From contig MU053487.1 in NCBI GenBank assembly GCA_013239625.1, positions 1,135,058 through 1,199,057 of the forward strand: DNA of 64,000 bases, in the 5' to 3' direction. The stretch's first letter is position 1. Each line of letters starts with the position of its first letter. The notes under the pieces were generated by a model. That model saw only the letters and a list, made by a program, of their open reading frames with translations, did not search any database and was not told the origin of the DNA. Made by a program: the position numbers and the translations under genes. Shown here in pieces: positions 63,256-64,000 of this stretch. The stretch is from Lama guanicoe. Its lineage: Eukaryota.

Positions 63256-64000
63256 GAATTAGAAACTTTAATCCTTTTAGAGAGCTGCCTAAAAGTGCCT
63301 GCCGTCTATATACTGCTGGCATGCCAGTGATGGTATTTTGCCTATTTTTATTTTAGTGAAAAAGCTAGTGTTTACTTATTTGCTTCAGTAATCTTCTCCC
63401 CCTCTATATTTTAGATCCTTCTATTATATCTTTTTAAACTCCTTCTCTTTCTGCATCTCTTCTTGCCCACACTCCCCACCCCTATTGTCTTCCCGAAATC
63501 CTGAGAAACGCTGCACAAAGGTGAGGTTGCCTCTTGACACGAAGGATCGGAGGTATCATCTTTGCTCTGAGAGGCCTTGGTACTCTGGTTATAACACTAC
63601 GTAGCTAATTATCAAGCATCTCCAGGTACTTGGCATGGAAACAGGCAAATTACACACATAATCTCCTTTAATTTGTTCCTGTGTGTGGAATTTATTTGCA
63701 CACATCAATTCTTTGCTTATAGTGCTGCTGACATCAAAGTGATGAATGTCATGAAACTAACAAAAGAGCAAATCACCCTGATTTCTAACCCTGATGGCAC
63801 TTAGTCTTCTCAGGTTTACGTAGCTCTCATTTGTTTTAACGCACAGAGGTCTGAATATAAAGTAAAGTAAAAATGGCTATGTGGAGGAAAAGCCTTGAAA
63901 AGGGAAAATGAGGCATCCCATGGCATGTGCTAGACTAGCCTTGAATGAGTTTCATGAACACAAATCACAATGATAGAGAGGCAGCATGTAAATGGAGCCT

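Overview
Mammalian, non-coding, repeat-rich genomic DNA (AT-rich, CpG-depleted, no CpG island). Two tRNA-derived SINEs resembling the camelid vic-1 family, plus several short L1 3' ends of cetartiodactyl type, suggest a camelid genome (inference). I found no multi-exon protein-coding gene, structural RNA gene or CRISPR array; the supplied ORFs are chance frames or decayed L1 ORF2 pieces. Much of the window is layered transposable-element fossils: ancient MIR, L2, CR1/L3, hAT MITEs (MER91A, MER5A), L1M elements, and ERVL/MaLR LTRs, including a two-LTR MLT1 provirus. Younger ERV1-type solo LTRs with perfect 4-bp TSDs cluster at 51.6-56.6 kb. The best non-repeat signal is a candidate 23-nt minus-strand micro-exon (13218-13240) with strong splice sites. 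Other oddities are three internally deleted L1s, a micro-inversion that destroys a SINE B-box, a 40-bp duplication plus a GAS motif in a young LTR, twin 30-bp palindromes, and candidate enhancer motif clusters. Repeat family names come from my recall of consensus sequences, not from a search; boundaries are approximate unless a TSD or terminal dinucleotide is quoted. I see no convincing evidence for a wholly new biological system.
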